Assembly (NCBI GenBank): GCA_023953695.1
Contig: JAMLJG010000003.1
Coordinates: 106,885-170,884, forward strand
DNA: 64,000 nt
Direction of reading: 5' to 3'
From: Kiritimatiellia bacterium
GTDB lineage: Bacteria; Verrucomicrobiota; Kiritimatiellia; CAIVKH01
The translations under genes and the position numbers were made by a program. Every line of letters begins with the position of its first letter. Position 1 is the first letter of the stretch. The notes beneath the pieces were generated by a model that was not told the origin of the DNA, made no database searches, and worked only from the letters and a program-made list of their open reading frames with translations. Shown here in pieces: positions 16,941 to 26,317 of this stretch.

Positions 16941-18263
16941 ATGCTTCCTCAATGGATAATCGAAAAGAAACGCGATGGGCAAACGCTTACGGAAGAGGAG
17001 ATTCGCTTCTTCATTGACGCCTACGCGAAAGAAAAGTTGCCCGATTATCAGATGGCGGCTATGGCCATGGCGATCTTCATTCGCGGCATGAATCCGAAGG
17101 AAATTGCGATTCTTACCGATGCCATGATGCGGTCGGGCGACCTGATCAATACCTCCTCCATCAAGAAACCCAAGGTGGACAAGCACTCGACCGGCGGGAT
17201 TGGCGACAAGGTCTCGCTCATTCTGGCCCCCCTTGTTGCCGCGTGCGGGTTGGCGGTGCCGATGATTTCCGGGCGCGGCCTCGGCATCACCGGCGGCACG
17301 TTGGACAAACTCGAGTCCATTCCCGGCTATCGCACCAATTTGAGTGATGCGGAGCTGATCCGGGTAATCAAGAAAATCGGCTGTTCCATCATCGGTCAGA
17401 CCAAACAACTCGCACCGGCCGATAAGAAACTCTACGCGCTCCGCGATGTCACGGGGACCGTCGCTTCTATTCCCCTGATCACGGCCAGCATCATGTGCAA
17501 GAAGCTCGCAGAAGGCCTTGATGGACTGCTTCTCGATGTGAAGTGCGGCAAGGGTGCGTTCATGCGCACGCAAAAAGATGCGCGCGCACTCGCGCTGACC
17601 ATGGTGCGTGTGGGAAATGCCATGGGCAAGCGCATGGCTGCGGTAATAACCGATATGAACCAAACATTGGGCAACACAGCGGGCAACGTCCTTGAAGTCG
17701 TGGAGTCCATTGAAACCCTGCAAAACCGGGGACCGAAGGATCTCACGGAACTCACCCTCGTTTCCGCTGAAGAAATGCTGATCCTGGGGCGAATCACCAA
17801 GTCGCGCGCCACCGCGCGCGCCATGGCAGAAAAGGCGCTCGCAGACGGATCGGCATTCAGGATATTCCGCAAAATGGTGGAGCTGCAAGGGGGCGACGTC
17901 CGCACCATTGACGATCCCTCGCGCTTGGCACAGGCCAAATTCAAAGTTCCGATGCCCGCTCCAGCATCCGGGTTTGTCTCGCTCGCGGATGCGGAATCCG
18001 TCGGCAAAGCTTGCGTAGTCTTGGGCGCTGGGCGCACACGCACGGACGAAGCAGTAGATCCTGCCGTAGGTATATCGCATATCCTGCACATCGGCGATGC
18101 CGTCACCAAAGGCGCTCCGCTCTTGGTGATTCATGCGAACGACAAGAAGCGATTGGCGGCTGCTCAAGAACTCTTGAAAGGCGCCTTCAAGATAGCGAAG
18201 TCCAAGCCGAAGACACCGAAGCTGATTTTGGAACGTATCAACGGCGAAACGATTGGGAAATAA
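16941..18263 (+). CDS. deoA: Thymidine/pyrimidine-nucleoside phosphorylase
   Basis: The KHSTGGIGDKVSL signature, with the N-terminal helical domain and alpha/beta domain typical of DeoA/Pdp. Confidence 0.9.
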   Translation: MLPQWIIEKKRDGQTLTEEEIRFFIDAYAKEKLPDYQMAAMAMAIFIRGMNPKEIAILTDAMMRSGDLINTSSIKKPKVDKHSTGGIGDKVSLILAPLVAACGLAVPMISGRGLGITGGTLDKLESIPGYRTNLSDAELIRVIKKIGCSIIGQTKQLAPADKKLYALRDVTGTVASIPLITASIMCKKLAEGLDGLLLDVKCGKGAFMRTQKDARALALTMVRVGNAMGKRMAAVITDMNQTLGNTAGNVLEVVESIETLQNRGPKDLTELTLVSAEEMLILGRITKSRATARAMAEKALADGSAFRIFRKMVELQGGDVRTIDDPSRLAQAKFKVPMPAPASGFVSLADAESVGKACVVLGAGRTRTDEAVDPAVGISHILHIGDAVTKGAPLLVIHANDKKRLAAAQELLKGAFKIAKSKPKTPKLILERINGETIGK

Positions 18264-18265
18264 TC

Positions 18266-19102
18266 ATGATAGACCGCACAATTCTCGACCAGGCGCTCTC
18301 CCACGTTCGCGGAAAGTGGCCCCATGCCCGCCCACGCCTTGGCATGATTCTCGGTTCCGGATGGAGCGAGGTCATTGGCTCTTTCAACGTCAAGGACGCG
18401 ATTTCCTACGAGGATATTCCGGGCCTGGGCAAGACCGGAGTCGTGGGTCACGCAGGTCGCCTCGTACTCGCGGAATCGGCTGGATTGGAGTTGCTCGTCT
18501 TTCAGGGGCGACGCCACTTCTACGAAGGCGTGGGTTGGACTCCCATTGCGCTCCCGATCTTTCTTCTTAAATCGCTCGGCGCCAAGACACTCCTCGTGAC
18601 CAATGCCGCAGGCGGGGTTAGGAAAGACCTCGTTCCGGGGACACTGATGATCATTTCCGATCACATCAACTTTCTCGGAGCCAACCCGCTGGTCGGCGCA
18701 CACGACAGTTTTTGGGGGCCGCGATTCCCGGATCAGAGCGAAGTGTACAACGCGTCGCTTCGCAAATTGATTGTCCAAGCAGGACAGAACGCGGGCGAGA
18801 CGCTTGCCGAAGGCGTCTATCTGGCGGACTCGGGGCCGACCTACGAATCGCCCGCTGAAATACGCGCGTTTGCCGCGCTTGGAGCTGACGCCGTTGGAAT
18901 GTCCACCGTTCCCGAAGCCCTGCTGGCCAATGCTGCGGGCTTGCGCGTGGCAGGACTCTCCTGCATCACGAATAGCGCGGCTGGCATTAGCGAGAATCCG
19001 CTCAGTCACGAGGAAGTGACCGAGACCACTCGTCTTGCAATGGAGCGCATGAAGAAGGTGCTTCTCAACTTTGTCGAGGAGGTGGCTCGTGAGCGCCGCT
19101 AA
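18266..19102 (+). CDS. Purine nucleoside phosphorylase (PNP/MTAP family, PunA-type)
   Basis: The start is the internal ATG 18266 (MIDRTILDQ...). Family motifs: GSGWSE, TNAAGG, GADAVGMSTVPE. Confidence 0.85.
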   Translation: MIDRTILDQALSHVRGKWPHARPRLGMILGSGWSEVIGSFNVKDAISYEDIPGLGKTGVVGHAGRLVLAESAGLELLVFQGRRHFYEGVGWTPIALPIFLLKSLGAKTLLVTNAAGGVRKDLVPGTLMIISDHINFLGANPLVGAHDSFWGPRFPDQSEVYNASLRKLIVQAGQNAGETLAEGVYLADSGPTYESPAEIRAFAALGADAVGMSTVPEALLANAAGLRVAGLSCITNSAAGISENPLSHEEVTETTRLAMERMKKVLLNFVEEVARERR

Positions 19103-19508
19103 ATCCGCTCTCCCGCGCAGTCAGGCGTTGAAACTTCTCCGCGCCGCCGCCCAGGTATCGCGCAACGCACACGCGCCCTACTCTGCGTTTCAGGTGGGTG
19201 CGGCCCTGTTGACGGATACGGGCGCAGTCATCTCGGGTTGCAATGTCGAGAATGCCTCATACGGACTCACCATTTGCGCCGAGCGCAACGCGATTTTTCA
19301 TGCGGTCGCTGTGAAGAAGCGAAAGTTCAAGGCGGTGGCCATCGTTGCGAGCGGAAAGCAAATGCCTTTCCCGTGCGGCGCCTGCCGTCAGGTCCTCGCC
19401 GAATTCGGATCGCCGGAGATGGTGGTCCTCGTCGCGCCGCGCGCAAAGTTGGCCGATTATATGGAGCTAACGCTCGGCGAACTCCTGCCCCATTCCTTCA
19501 AGTTTTGA
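19071..19508 (+). CDS. cdd: Cytidine deaminase
   Basis: CAERNAI...PCGACRQ zinc-ligand motifs. The start is either ATG 19071 (overlapping the PNP 3' end) or GTG 19089. Confidence 0.85.
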   Translation: MSRRWLVSAAKSALPRSQALKLLRAAAQVSRNAHAPYSAFQVGAALLTDTGAVISGCNVENASYGLTICAERNAIFHAVAVKKRKFKAVAIVASGKQMPFPCGACRQVLAEFGSPEMVVLVAPRAKLADYMELTLGELLPHSFKF

Positions 19509-19523
19509 TCCCGCGCAGGCAAC

Positions 19524-19570
19524 TTCCAATCGTTGGAAAGCCCTCGCGATAGAACTTCCAATCGTTGGAA
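19524..19570. promoter_or_regulatory. Two copies of the perfect palindrome TTCCAATCGTTGGAA (19524-19538 and 19556-19570), 32 bp apart, in the convergent gap between cdd and gspF
   Basis: Read directly. Same dyad arms and same 32-bp spacing as the pair at 10108-10154. Confidence 0.5.
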
Positions 19571-19571
19571 A

Positions 19572-20768
19572 TTAGCGGGCGAGTTGGTTGAGCGAGAGGA
19601 TGGGCTGCAGAATGGCGAGGGCCACGAGAAGCACTACGGCGCCGACTGCGACAATTAGAATGGGCTCGACGAGTCGAATAAAGCGCTGGAGAAGTGTCTC
19701 CCATTGTTCTTGGAACCGACGCGCCGCCTGATCGAGAAGCCCCGTCAAATCGCCACTCGCCTCGCCCGCTCGGTACCACGCGGGTAGCCGGGTTCCGATC
19801 CACGGACTCTCCGCCAAGACATCCGGAACAGAGCGCCCTTGGCGAACGGCTTCGCTGCCTTGCTGCATCTGGCTGGCGAGCCACTCGCTCCCACTCGCGC
19901 GTGCGGCGAGCGGCAAGGCTTCCACGAGTGCAATCCCGCCGCGCAGCAGCATGACAAGCGTGCGCACAAACCGAATGGTCACCACGAGGCAATAGCCGCG
20001 GCGAAAGAGAGGTATCCGATTGAAATGTCGCTCCCAATATGCGCGTCGGGTGGATCGCCTCAAACGAAACGCGACCCACACGCAAAAAAGGATCATGAAT
20101 GCAATCGCGAGGCTGGCTGGCAAACGCCCTGCCCCGCCGAACCAGATGAGCACTTTTGTGGTCGTGGGCAGTGCCACGCCCGATTCTGCAAAGAGTCCGG
20201 CCAATCGCGGCAAAATCGCAGTGACCATAATAACTGCAACGATAAAGGCCAGCGCGATGACCAATAGTGGATAGAGAAGCGCTGAGAGAATCCCTTCGCG
20301 AAGGCGCGTCTCTTCTTCCAAATAGCTCGCCATCTGATTGAACATTTCGCCCAGTTGCCCCGTGCGCTGACCGCCCTGCAGAAGCGCCACCTCGAATGGG
20401 CTGGTTTCTGGGGCGAGCTGTGGCAACGCTTCGGCAACGCTCTCACCCTCCCGAATTCGATCGCGCAGGCCGGCAAGGATTCCGTTGAGCTGCGAATCGG
20501 GGTGCGCCTCCAACAAGAGATCCAGAGCGGCTACGGCAGGGACTCCCGCGCGCAGCAACGCGCCGAGTTCGCGATAGAGCGCGGCTCTTCTTTCTGTTGA
20601 AAAGCGGCGGCGAACCAAGCTGCTCCGGTCCGATGCGGCGACAACGTCTTCGGCCAAAATGCCGCGCGCAGCAAGTTTCTCTCTCGCTTCTTTTGGATGA
20701 AGGGCCTCGACCATACCCCGGGCGCGCCCGCCCAATTTGTCAAACCCTCGATACGCAAAGGTCTTCAT
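19572..20768 (-). CDS. gspF: Type II secretion system inner-membrane platform protein GspF (PilC family)
   Basis: GspF/PilC-family repeats, 398 aa, with TM segments (LLYPLLVIALAFIVAVIMV). Confidence 0.85.
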   Translation of the reverse strand: MKTFAYRGFDKLGGRARGMVEALHPKEAREKLAARGILAEDVVAASDRSSLVRRRFSTERRAALYRELGALLRAGVPAVAALDLLLEAHPDSQLNGILAGLRDRIREGESVAEALPQLAPETSPFEVALLQGGQRTGQLGEMFNQMASYLEEETRLREGILSALLYPLLVIALAFIVAVIMVTAILPRLAGLFAESGVALPTTTKVLIWFGGAGRLPASLAIAFMILFCVWVAFRLRRSTRRAYWERHFNRIPLFRRGYCLVVTIRFVRTLVMLLRGGIALVEALPLAARASGSEWLASQMQQGSEAVRQGRSVPDVLAESPWIGTRLPAWYRAGEASGDLTGLLDQAARRFQEQWETLLQRFIRLVEPILIVAVGAVVLLVALAILQPILSLNQLAR

Positions 20769-22462
20769 GTTGATGTCGGTTGAGGGGCGCTTCCCACCAC
20801 GCGCAATATCTCTTCGAGTGAGGTCAGTCCTTTCCGGACTTTGTCGAGACCATCATCCAAGAGCGATGCGACGTTCAACTCCTGCACACGCTTGCGCAAT
20901 GCCGAGCCATCGCTATCCGCGCGAAGCGTCGCTTCCCAGTCCGGACCCAAATGCAGCCACTCATAAACACCGACTCGCTCGCAATAGCCCCCCATGCACT
21001 CGGAGCAGCCGACGGGACGCCAGATGATCTTTCCATCCATCTCTCTCGCGCGAGATCCCAACGCGCGCAGCTCGTGCTGCGTTGGGATGGACGCCTTCCG
21101 ACATTTCGTGCAGAGCTGACGCACGAGGCGCTGGGCCAGGCAACCGCGAAGTGCGGAGGCCAATAGATACGCCGGAATACCCATGTCCAGGAGGCGAACA
21201 ACAGCGGAAAGCGCATCGTTGGTGTGCAGCGTACTGAAAACGAGATGGCCCGTGAGCGATGCGCGGATAGCGATTTCTGCGGTTTCGGCATCGCGGATCT
21301 CGCCGACAAGAATCACGTCGGGGTCTTGCCGCAAGATGTGGCGCAAGCCTTGGGCAAAGGTGAGGCCGATTTTGGGCTTCACCTGTATTTGGGCGATGCC
21401 GGGCAACTGATATTCAATGGGGTCCTCGATCGTCATCACATTCAGGTGTTCGGTATCGAGACCCTGAAGGGCGGCGTAGAGTGTGGTTGTCTTTCCGCTT
21501 CCTGTCGGGCCTGTGACGAGGATGACCCCATTCGGTTCAGAGAGAACTCGGCGAAAATCCGCCTCAACGGGCCCCGACATTCCCAGAGCGCTCAGCGGTC
21601 GGACGAGACTCTCCTGGTTGAGAAGTCGAAGGACCACGCGCTCCCCTTCGGCCACCGGCACGGTGGATACGCGGATATCAAACTCGCGTGCGCCGATCCG
21701 CACCTTTGCCATGCCGTCTTGGGGAAGACGCCGCTCGGCAATATCGAGCCGCGCCATCACCTTCAGGCGGGAAATCAGGGCGAGTTCCAATGACTTCGGA
21801 GGCGGCGGCTGGGCATAGAGAAAGCCATCCACCCGAAACCGGACCTGCAGCTTGGACTCAAATGGCTCAACGTGGATATCCGAAGCCCTGCGACGAACTG
21901 CATCGAGGAGCAATCCACTGACATACTGGGCGACCGGCGCTTCATCGCCTGAGCGCAGGAGGTCCTCCGTTTGCGTGAGGGGTATTTCTTCGCTCGGCTT
22001 TCCCGCCCGTGCCGCATTGGCCCACTGAGGCGCCTGGCGTTGCGAATAGCACGTGTCAATCGCGCGCTGCAATTCTTCTGCCGTGGTGAGCAATGGATAG
22101 AGATCGCTGCCGAGCAGGAGGGAGAGTTCATCGAGGCGGGACACGGCATCAGGATTCGACGTGAGGGCAAACAGGCCGCTCTCGCGCTCGACGGGAAGAA
22201 GCGAATGCGTTCGAGCCCAATCCACCGGCAGCTTTTCAATCAGGCGCGGCTGAAGCCACGCCGGGTCAAATTCTGAGACAAAGGGCAAATCGTAGGCGGC
22301 GGACAGCGCTTCCAACCACTGTGCGGCACTGAGGTGTTGATGTCGCAACAGCCATTCTCCAAGGGCTGTAGGCGATGCCTGCGCGCCGATTTCACGATGG
22401 GCCTGCTCTACCTGCGTCTTGTCGCAAAGGCCTTTCTGCAGCAATACCTGATCTAGTTTCAC
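20765..22462 (-). CDS. gspE: Type II secretion system ATPase GspE
   Basis: Walker [18 protein letters not shown], a C-terminal tetra-Cys region (CTKC...CSEC) and an N-terminal GspE-N domain. Confidence 0.9.
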   Translation of the reverse strand: MKLDQVLLQKGLCDKTQVEQAHREIGAQASPTALGEWLLRHQHLSAAQWLEALSAAYDLPFVSEFDPAWLQPRLIEKLPVDWARTHSLLPVERESGLFALTSNPDAVSRLDELSLLLGSDLYPLLTTAEELQRAIDTCYSQRQAPQWANAARAGKPSEEIPLTQTEDLLRSGDEAPVAQYVSGLLLDAVRRRASDIHVEPFESKLQVRFRVDGFLYAQPPPPKSLELALISRLKVMARLDIAERRLPQDGMAKVRIGAREFDIRVSTVPVAEGERVVLRLLNQESLVRPLSALGMSGPVEADFRRVLSEPNGVILVTGPTGSGKTTTLYAALQGLDTEHLNVMTIEDPIEYQLPGIAQIQVKPKIGLTFAQGLRHILRQDPDVILVGEIRDAETAEIAIRASLTGHLVFSTLHTNDALSAVVRLLDMGIPAYLLASALRGCLAQRLVRQLCTKCRKASIPTQHELRALGSRAREMDGKIIWRPVGCSECMGGYCERVGVYEWLHLGPDWEATLRADSDGSALRKRVQELNVASLLDDGLDKVRKGLTSLEEILRVVGSAPQPTST

Positions 22463-22466
22463 CGGA

Positions 22467-24389
22467 TCACCTCCGGGGCACAGGCGTATTCAAATCCAAC
22501 GCGCTGTCAGTGAGACGTGTTTGTGCCTGCAGCTTCTCTTTGAGGTCCTGTGCCATCTTGATATCGGTCACGATGTGCGGGGTCACAAAAATCAGCAAAT
22601 TGGTCCGCTGAGTTTGATCGCGCTTGCTGCGGAAAAGGAAACCGATCAGCGGGATATCGCCGAGAATGGGCACTTTATTGACGACCTGGATGCGATCCTC
22701 GCGAATGAGGCCACTGATCACTACGGTTGCCTTGTTCGGGACGGTGATTGTGGTGCTAACCTCGCGCTTGGCAATGGTGGGGGCGAATTGAGTCCCGCTC
22801 GGCCCCTGATCAGTAATGGCTTCGATGCTGGGATTGAGGTTCAACGTGACCTCGCCATCTGGATTGACGTGTGGAGTGAGCTTGAGCTTTATGCCAACAT
22901 CCAGCCGGTCAATATTCTGAATTACATCTCTCGCGGTGCCTGAGCCGCCCTCAATAGTGGAGCGCAGAATCGGGATATTATCCACCACGCTCACCACGGC
23001 TTCCGAGTTGTTTTGGGCCCAGAGCGGAACATTCGAAAGAATCTTCACATCTCGATTCTGAGCCAAGGCTTCGACCAAAATCGGCAGATTGGGGACAATA
23101 CTTCCCGAAATCGGGTCGGTATAGGTTCCATGGGCAACCCCAAACGCTAAACCTTGCGGAAAGGCCCCCGATTTAATGAAGTCTGCCACCGAATCCGACG
23201 CGCCGGGTCGGCTGGTTCCGAGAGCCGTTGTGGATCCATCTTTAGGTTGATCCACCGTTTGCAGACGGACCCCGAGATCAATCGCTCGCCCCACTGCTAC
23301 CTCAGCCAGCAGGACTTCAACCATCACCTGCTGGGGGATTTGATCGAGCTGCTCCACCAACTTCCGGAGATATTCAAAATCCTGCTGTGTGGCATCAACG
23401 ATCAGCGCATTATTGGCCGTGTTATGCTCGATCGCAATGGGTGAGCGCTTTTCTTTATCCGATTTTGCCAACAGCGCATTCAGACTCTTGGCCGCGTCCT
23501 CTGCCGATAGATAACGCAAGAATATCGCATTCAAACGGCCATATCCCGTTGGGGACTCCACATCCATGCGGGCGATGATGTCTCGCATTTCGTTGAGCTG
23601 AACTGGGGTGCCCACCAAAATGATGCTATTGGCGCGCGGCGATGGAACGACGACGACTTCGGAAGGTAACGAGGACAGACCATCGCCCACCTGCTGCAGA
23701 TGACGAGACACCTTATCACCGGACGTTTCCGATCCACGCATCGCAGCAACAAGCTGGCGAGCCAAATCATCCGGCGAGGCGTGTTTGAGAGGAACGACAT
23801 CAACCAGGCGCGCAGCGCCGGGTTTGTCCAACTCCGCGATAATGCGCTCCAGATTGCGAACACTTTCCGCGGTATCGGTAACGATCAGATGATTCGTCGG
23901 CGGGAAGGCGGCCAATGCGCCGGACTTTCCACCCCGAACGAGCGGCTCCAACAGGCGCCTCAATTCGGCCACATTCACGTGGTTCACATGAATCAACCGG
24001 GTGACCAAGCCCACGGATTCTTTCGACGCCTCGACCGACGTCACGACAGCGGCGCCTGCCACAGCTCGCTCTGGCAGGAGGATCACCTGGCTCACCCCAC
24101 CCTGCTCCACCACGGTGATCCCACGCGATTCAAGGATGGACAACAGCAAGGGATAGGCTTCCTTCACGGGGATGCGCTGCGGGGTGACCACGGTAACGCG
24201 CCCCACAATATCGTCGCCAACAACAAACCGGCGGCCGGTCATTTCGCCGACGAGTTTGATCAGAACCGGGATCTCAACCTGATCAAAATTGAAGTTCACA
24301 GAGGCATCACTGGGCGCTACCGCTCGAGCGCCGAACGAAGGGCCGAGCGCCAAGGCCGCAATCAATATCCAGTGACCGATTTTGCTCAC
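22467..24389 (-). CDS. gspD: Type II secretion system secretin GspD
   Basis: Signal peptide, N0-N3 domains (VVTDTAESVRNLERIIAELD) and a C-terminal secretin domain (VVISGLIRED...IPLIGFLFRSK...LLIFVTPHIV). Confidence 0.85.
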   Translation of the reverse strand: MSKIGHWILIAALALGPSFGARAVAPSDASVNFNFDQVEIPVLIKLVGEMTGRRFVVGDDIVGRVTVVTPQRIPVKEAYPLLLSILESRGITVVEQGGVSQVILLPERAVAGAAVVTSVEASKESVGLVTRLIHVNHVNVAELRRLLEPLVRGGKSGALAAFPPTNHLIVTDTAESVRNLERIIAELDKPGAARLVDVVPLKHASPDDLARQLVAAMRGSETSGDKVSRHLQQVGDGLSSLPSEVVVVPSPRANSIILVGTPVQLNEMRDIIARMDVESPTGYGRLNAIFLRYLSAEDAAKSLNALLAKSDKEKRSPIAIEHNTANNALIVDATQQDFEYLRKLVEQLDQIPQQVMVEVLLAEVAVGRAIDLGVRLQTVDQPKDGSTTALGTSRPGASDSVADFIKSGAFPQGLAFGVAHGTYTDPISGSIVPNLPILVEALAQNRDVKILSNVPLWAQNNSEAVVSVVDNIPILRSTIEGGSGTARDVIQNIDRLDVGIKLKLTPHVNPDGEVTLNLNPSIEAITDQGPSGTQFAPTIAKREVSTTITVPNKATVVISGLIREDRIQVVNKVPILGDIPLIGFLFRSKRDQTQRTNLLIFVTPHIVTDIKMAQDLKEKLQAQTRLTDSALDLNTPVPRR

Positions 24390-25159
24390 TTAACAATTCC
24401 GCGTTCGGACGATCGAATGAAGCGCACCAAGTGTTGCACTTCAGACGTTTGAGGGACTTCCGCCTCAATTCGCGCGAGTGCATCGCGCGTTCCCAACTCA
24501 CTGCGATAGAGCAGCCGGTGTGCGAGCTTGAGAGCCTTTTGCGATTCTTCCGAGACGCCCGCCCGCGTCAGGCCCACTGAATTGAGGCCGGGGACGCGCA
24601 GAGGGTTTCCATCTGCCATTACGAAGGGCGGAACATCCTGGACGACTTTCGCGCATCCACCGATGATACAATTCCGCCCAAGACGCACAAACTGATGCAC
24701 CGCACTCAATCCGCCGAGAATGACCCGATCCTCAACCGTCACGTGCCCCGCAAGCGTTCCCACATTGGCAATAATTACATGATTGCCCACTACACAATCG
24801 TGAGCGATGTGCGCATAGGCCATGATGTGGCAATGGGAGCCGACACGCGTGACATCTCCATCGGCGGTTGCCGCATTGATGGTGACGGATTCGCGAATCG
24901 TTGTGTTGTCGCCAATGGAAACACCCGGGCGCCCCCCCTTATACTTGAGGTCCTGCGTTTGCAGACCCACGCTCGCAAAGGGAAACACCGTGCATCCCGC
25001 TCCGAGCTGTGTGAAGCCGTCAACGACAACGTGAGAGATGAGACGGGTCTTATCCCCAAGTGTTACATCGGGGCCAACGAAACAGAACGGGCCGATAACA
25101 ACTTGATCTCCGAGTTTGGCATTCGGCGAAACGATTGCAGTTGGATGGATTTCAGACAT
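24386..25159 (-). CDS. lpxA: Acyl-ACP--UDP-N-acetylglucosamine O-acyltransferase
   Basis: Left-handed beta-helix hexapeptide repeats with the LpxA N-terminus MSEIHPTAIVSPNAKLG and a C-terminal helical domain. Confidence 0.9.
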   Translation of the reverse strand: MSEIHPTAIVSPNAKLGDQVVIGPFCFVGPDVTLGDKTRLISHVVVDGFTQLGAGCTVFPFASVGLQTQDLKYKGGRPGVSIGDNTTIRESVTINAATADGDVTRVGSHCHIMAYAHIAHDCVVGNHVIIANVGTLAGHVTVEDRVILGGLSAVHQFVRLGRNCIIGGCAKVVQDVPPFVMADGNPLRVPGLNSVGLTRAGVSEESQKALKLAHRLLYRSELGTRDALARIEAEVPQTSEVQHLVRFIRSSERGIVK

Positions 25160-25162
25160 GGA

Positions 25163-25597
25163 TCAAGTATCCCCGTAACCGAACATGATGTCGGCTTCGC
25201 ATGCCAATTCATCACCGACATAGACTTTCCCGCTCATCTTGGACATTCCGAGGCGGGCGCGCTGGAATTCCACCTCGATCCTGAGTTGGTCGCCCGGACG
25301 AACGATGCGGCGGAATCGTGCTCTATCTACGGCCAGGAAATAGGCGATTCGGCCTTCGCCGCCAAATGCCTTGTTTGCCAATATCCCACCGACCTGCGCA
25401 ATCGCTTCCAATTGAAGAACGCCTGGGAAAACCGGATCGCCGGGAAAGTGCCCCTGAAAACAGGGCTCCGCAATCGTGAGGTTCTTGATTCCCACAATTC
25501 GCTGCTTCATATCGCACTCAATCACGCGATCCACCAATAGCATGGGATAGCGGTGCGGAAGAATCTGTAGAATCTCTTTGCTCGAAATCTCCGACAT
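25163..25597 (-). CDS. fabZ: 3-hydroxyacyl-ACP dehydratase
   Basis: ILPHRYPMLLVDRV...GHFPGDPVFPGVL hot-dog fold motifs. The likely start is at 25597 (MSEISSKE), with GGAGG 9 nt upstream. Confidence 0.9.
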   Translation of the reverse strand: MSEISSKEILQILPHRYPMLLVDRVIECDMKQRIVGIKNLTIAEPCFQGHFPGDPVFPGVLQLEAIAQVGGILANKAFGGEGRIAYFLAVDRARFRRIVRPGDQLRIEVEFQRARLGMSKMSGKVYVGDELACEADIMFGYGDT

Positions 25598-25669
25598 GAA
25601 GTCAAACCTCCGGTTACAACAGCCCGACATTGTGGAGGAAGAGGGCTTTGCTGTCAGCCAAAAACCGGG

Positions 25670-26305
25670 CTACATTGTGGTAATCAGAACCCCTTGCGGA
25701 GTGAACCGGAGCAGCTCTCGCGAGTCAAAAATTTCCACCCCCAACTCCGCCCTTCCAAGGAAGGTAAGTCGCTGCGCCACCTTGAATACTTGGAAACTGT
25801 TGTCGCGCACAACCAGCACAACTCGCTGATTCTCGACATCCATCTTATTGAGCAGGCGGACCATATAGTTGTCGGTAGCGAAGGTTGAGCGCTCTTCCAA
25901 TTCAAATCCTCGCGCCGTGGCATCAGCGCGCGGCTTCAGAACGAGCTGTCCCAGCATATAGTACGACAGATCCACTTCATAATAGTCATTCGTCACACGC
26001 AACGTTGAGAGAGCCTGCATCATCTGTATCTGGTCGGTGTTCTGCTGGCTGATATTCATCATCTGAATACGGGCTTGGCGGCCCAATTCTGCGGGCTCCA
26101 AGGGAAAGAGCAGATTGTCGCGACACTCGAGATAGATGGGCTGCTTTGTGCTTTGTCGCTCAATGGGAGTCGGAATCAGCACTTTGGTTTGCGCCGCATC
26201 AATCCCTGTCGCGATGATCACGAGCATCAGGATGCCCTGAAGACAGGTCAAGACGTCCAAAAAGGAGTCGAGATTGATTGCACCTGTAGCGTCTTTCTTT
26301 CCCAT
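25670..26305 (-). CDS. ExbD/TolR-family protein (longer than usual, 211 aa)
   Basis: N-terminal ExbD motif INLDSFLDVLTCLQGILMLVII. Confidence 0.55.
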   Translation of the reverse strand: MGKKDATGAINLDSFLDVLTCLQGILMLVIIATGIDAAQTKVLIPTPIERQSTKQPIYLECRDNLLFPLEPAELGRQARIQMMNISQQNTDQIQMMQALSTLRVTNDYYEVDLSYYMLGQLVLKPRADATARGFELEERSTFATDNYMVRLLNKMDVENQRVVLVVRDNSFQVFKVAQRLTFLGRAELGVEIFDSRELLRFTPQGVLITTM

Positions 26306-26317
26306 CGAAGTTGCGCC

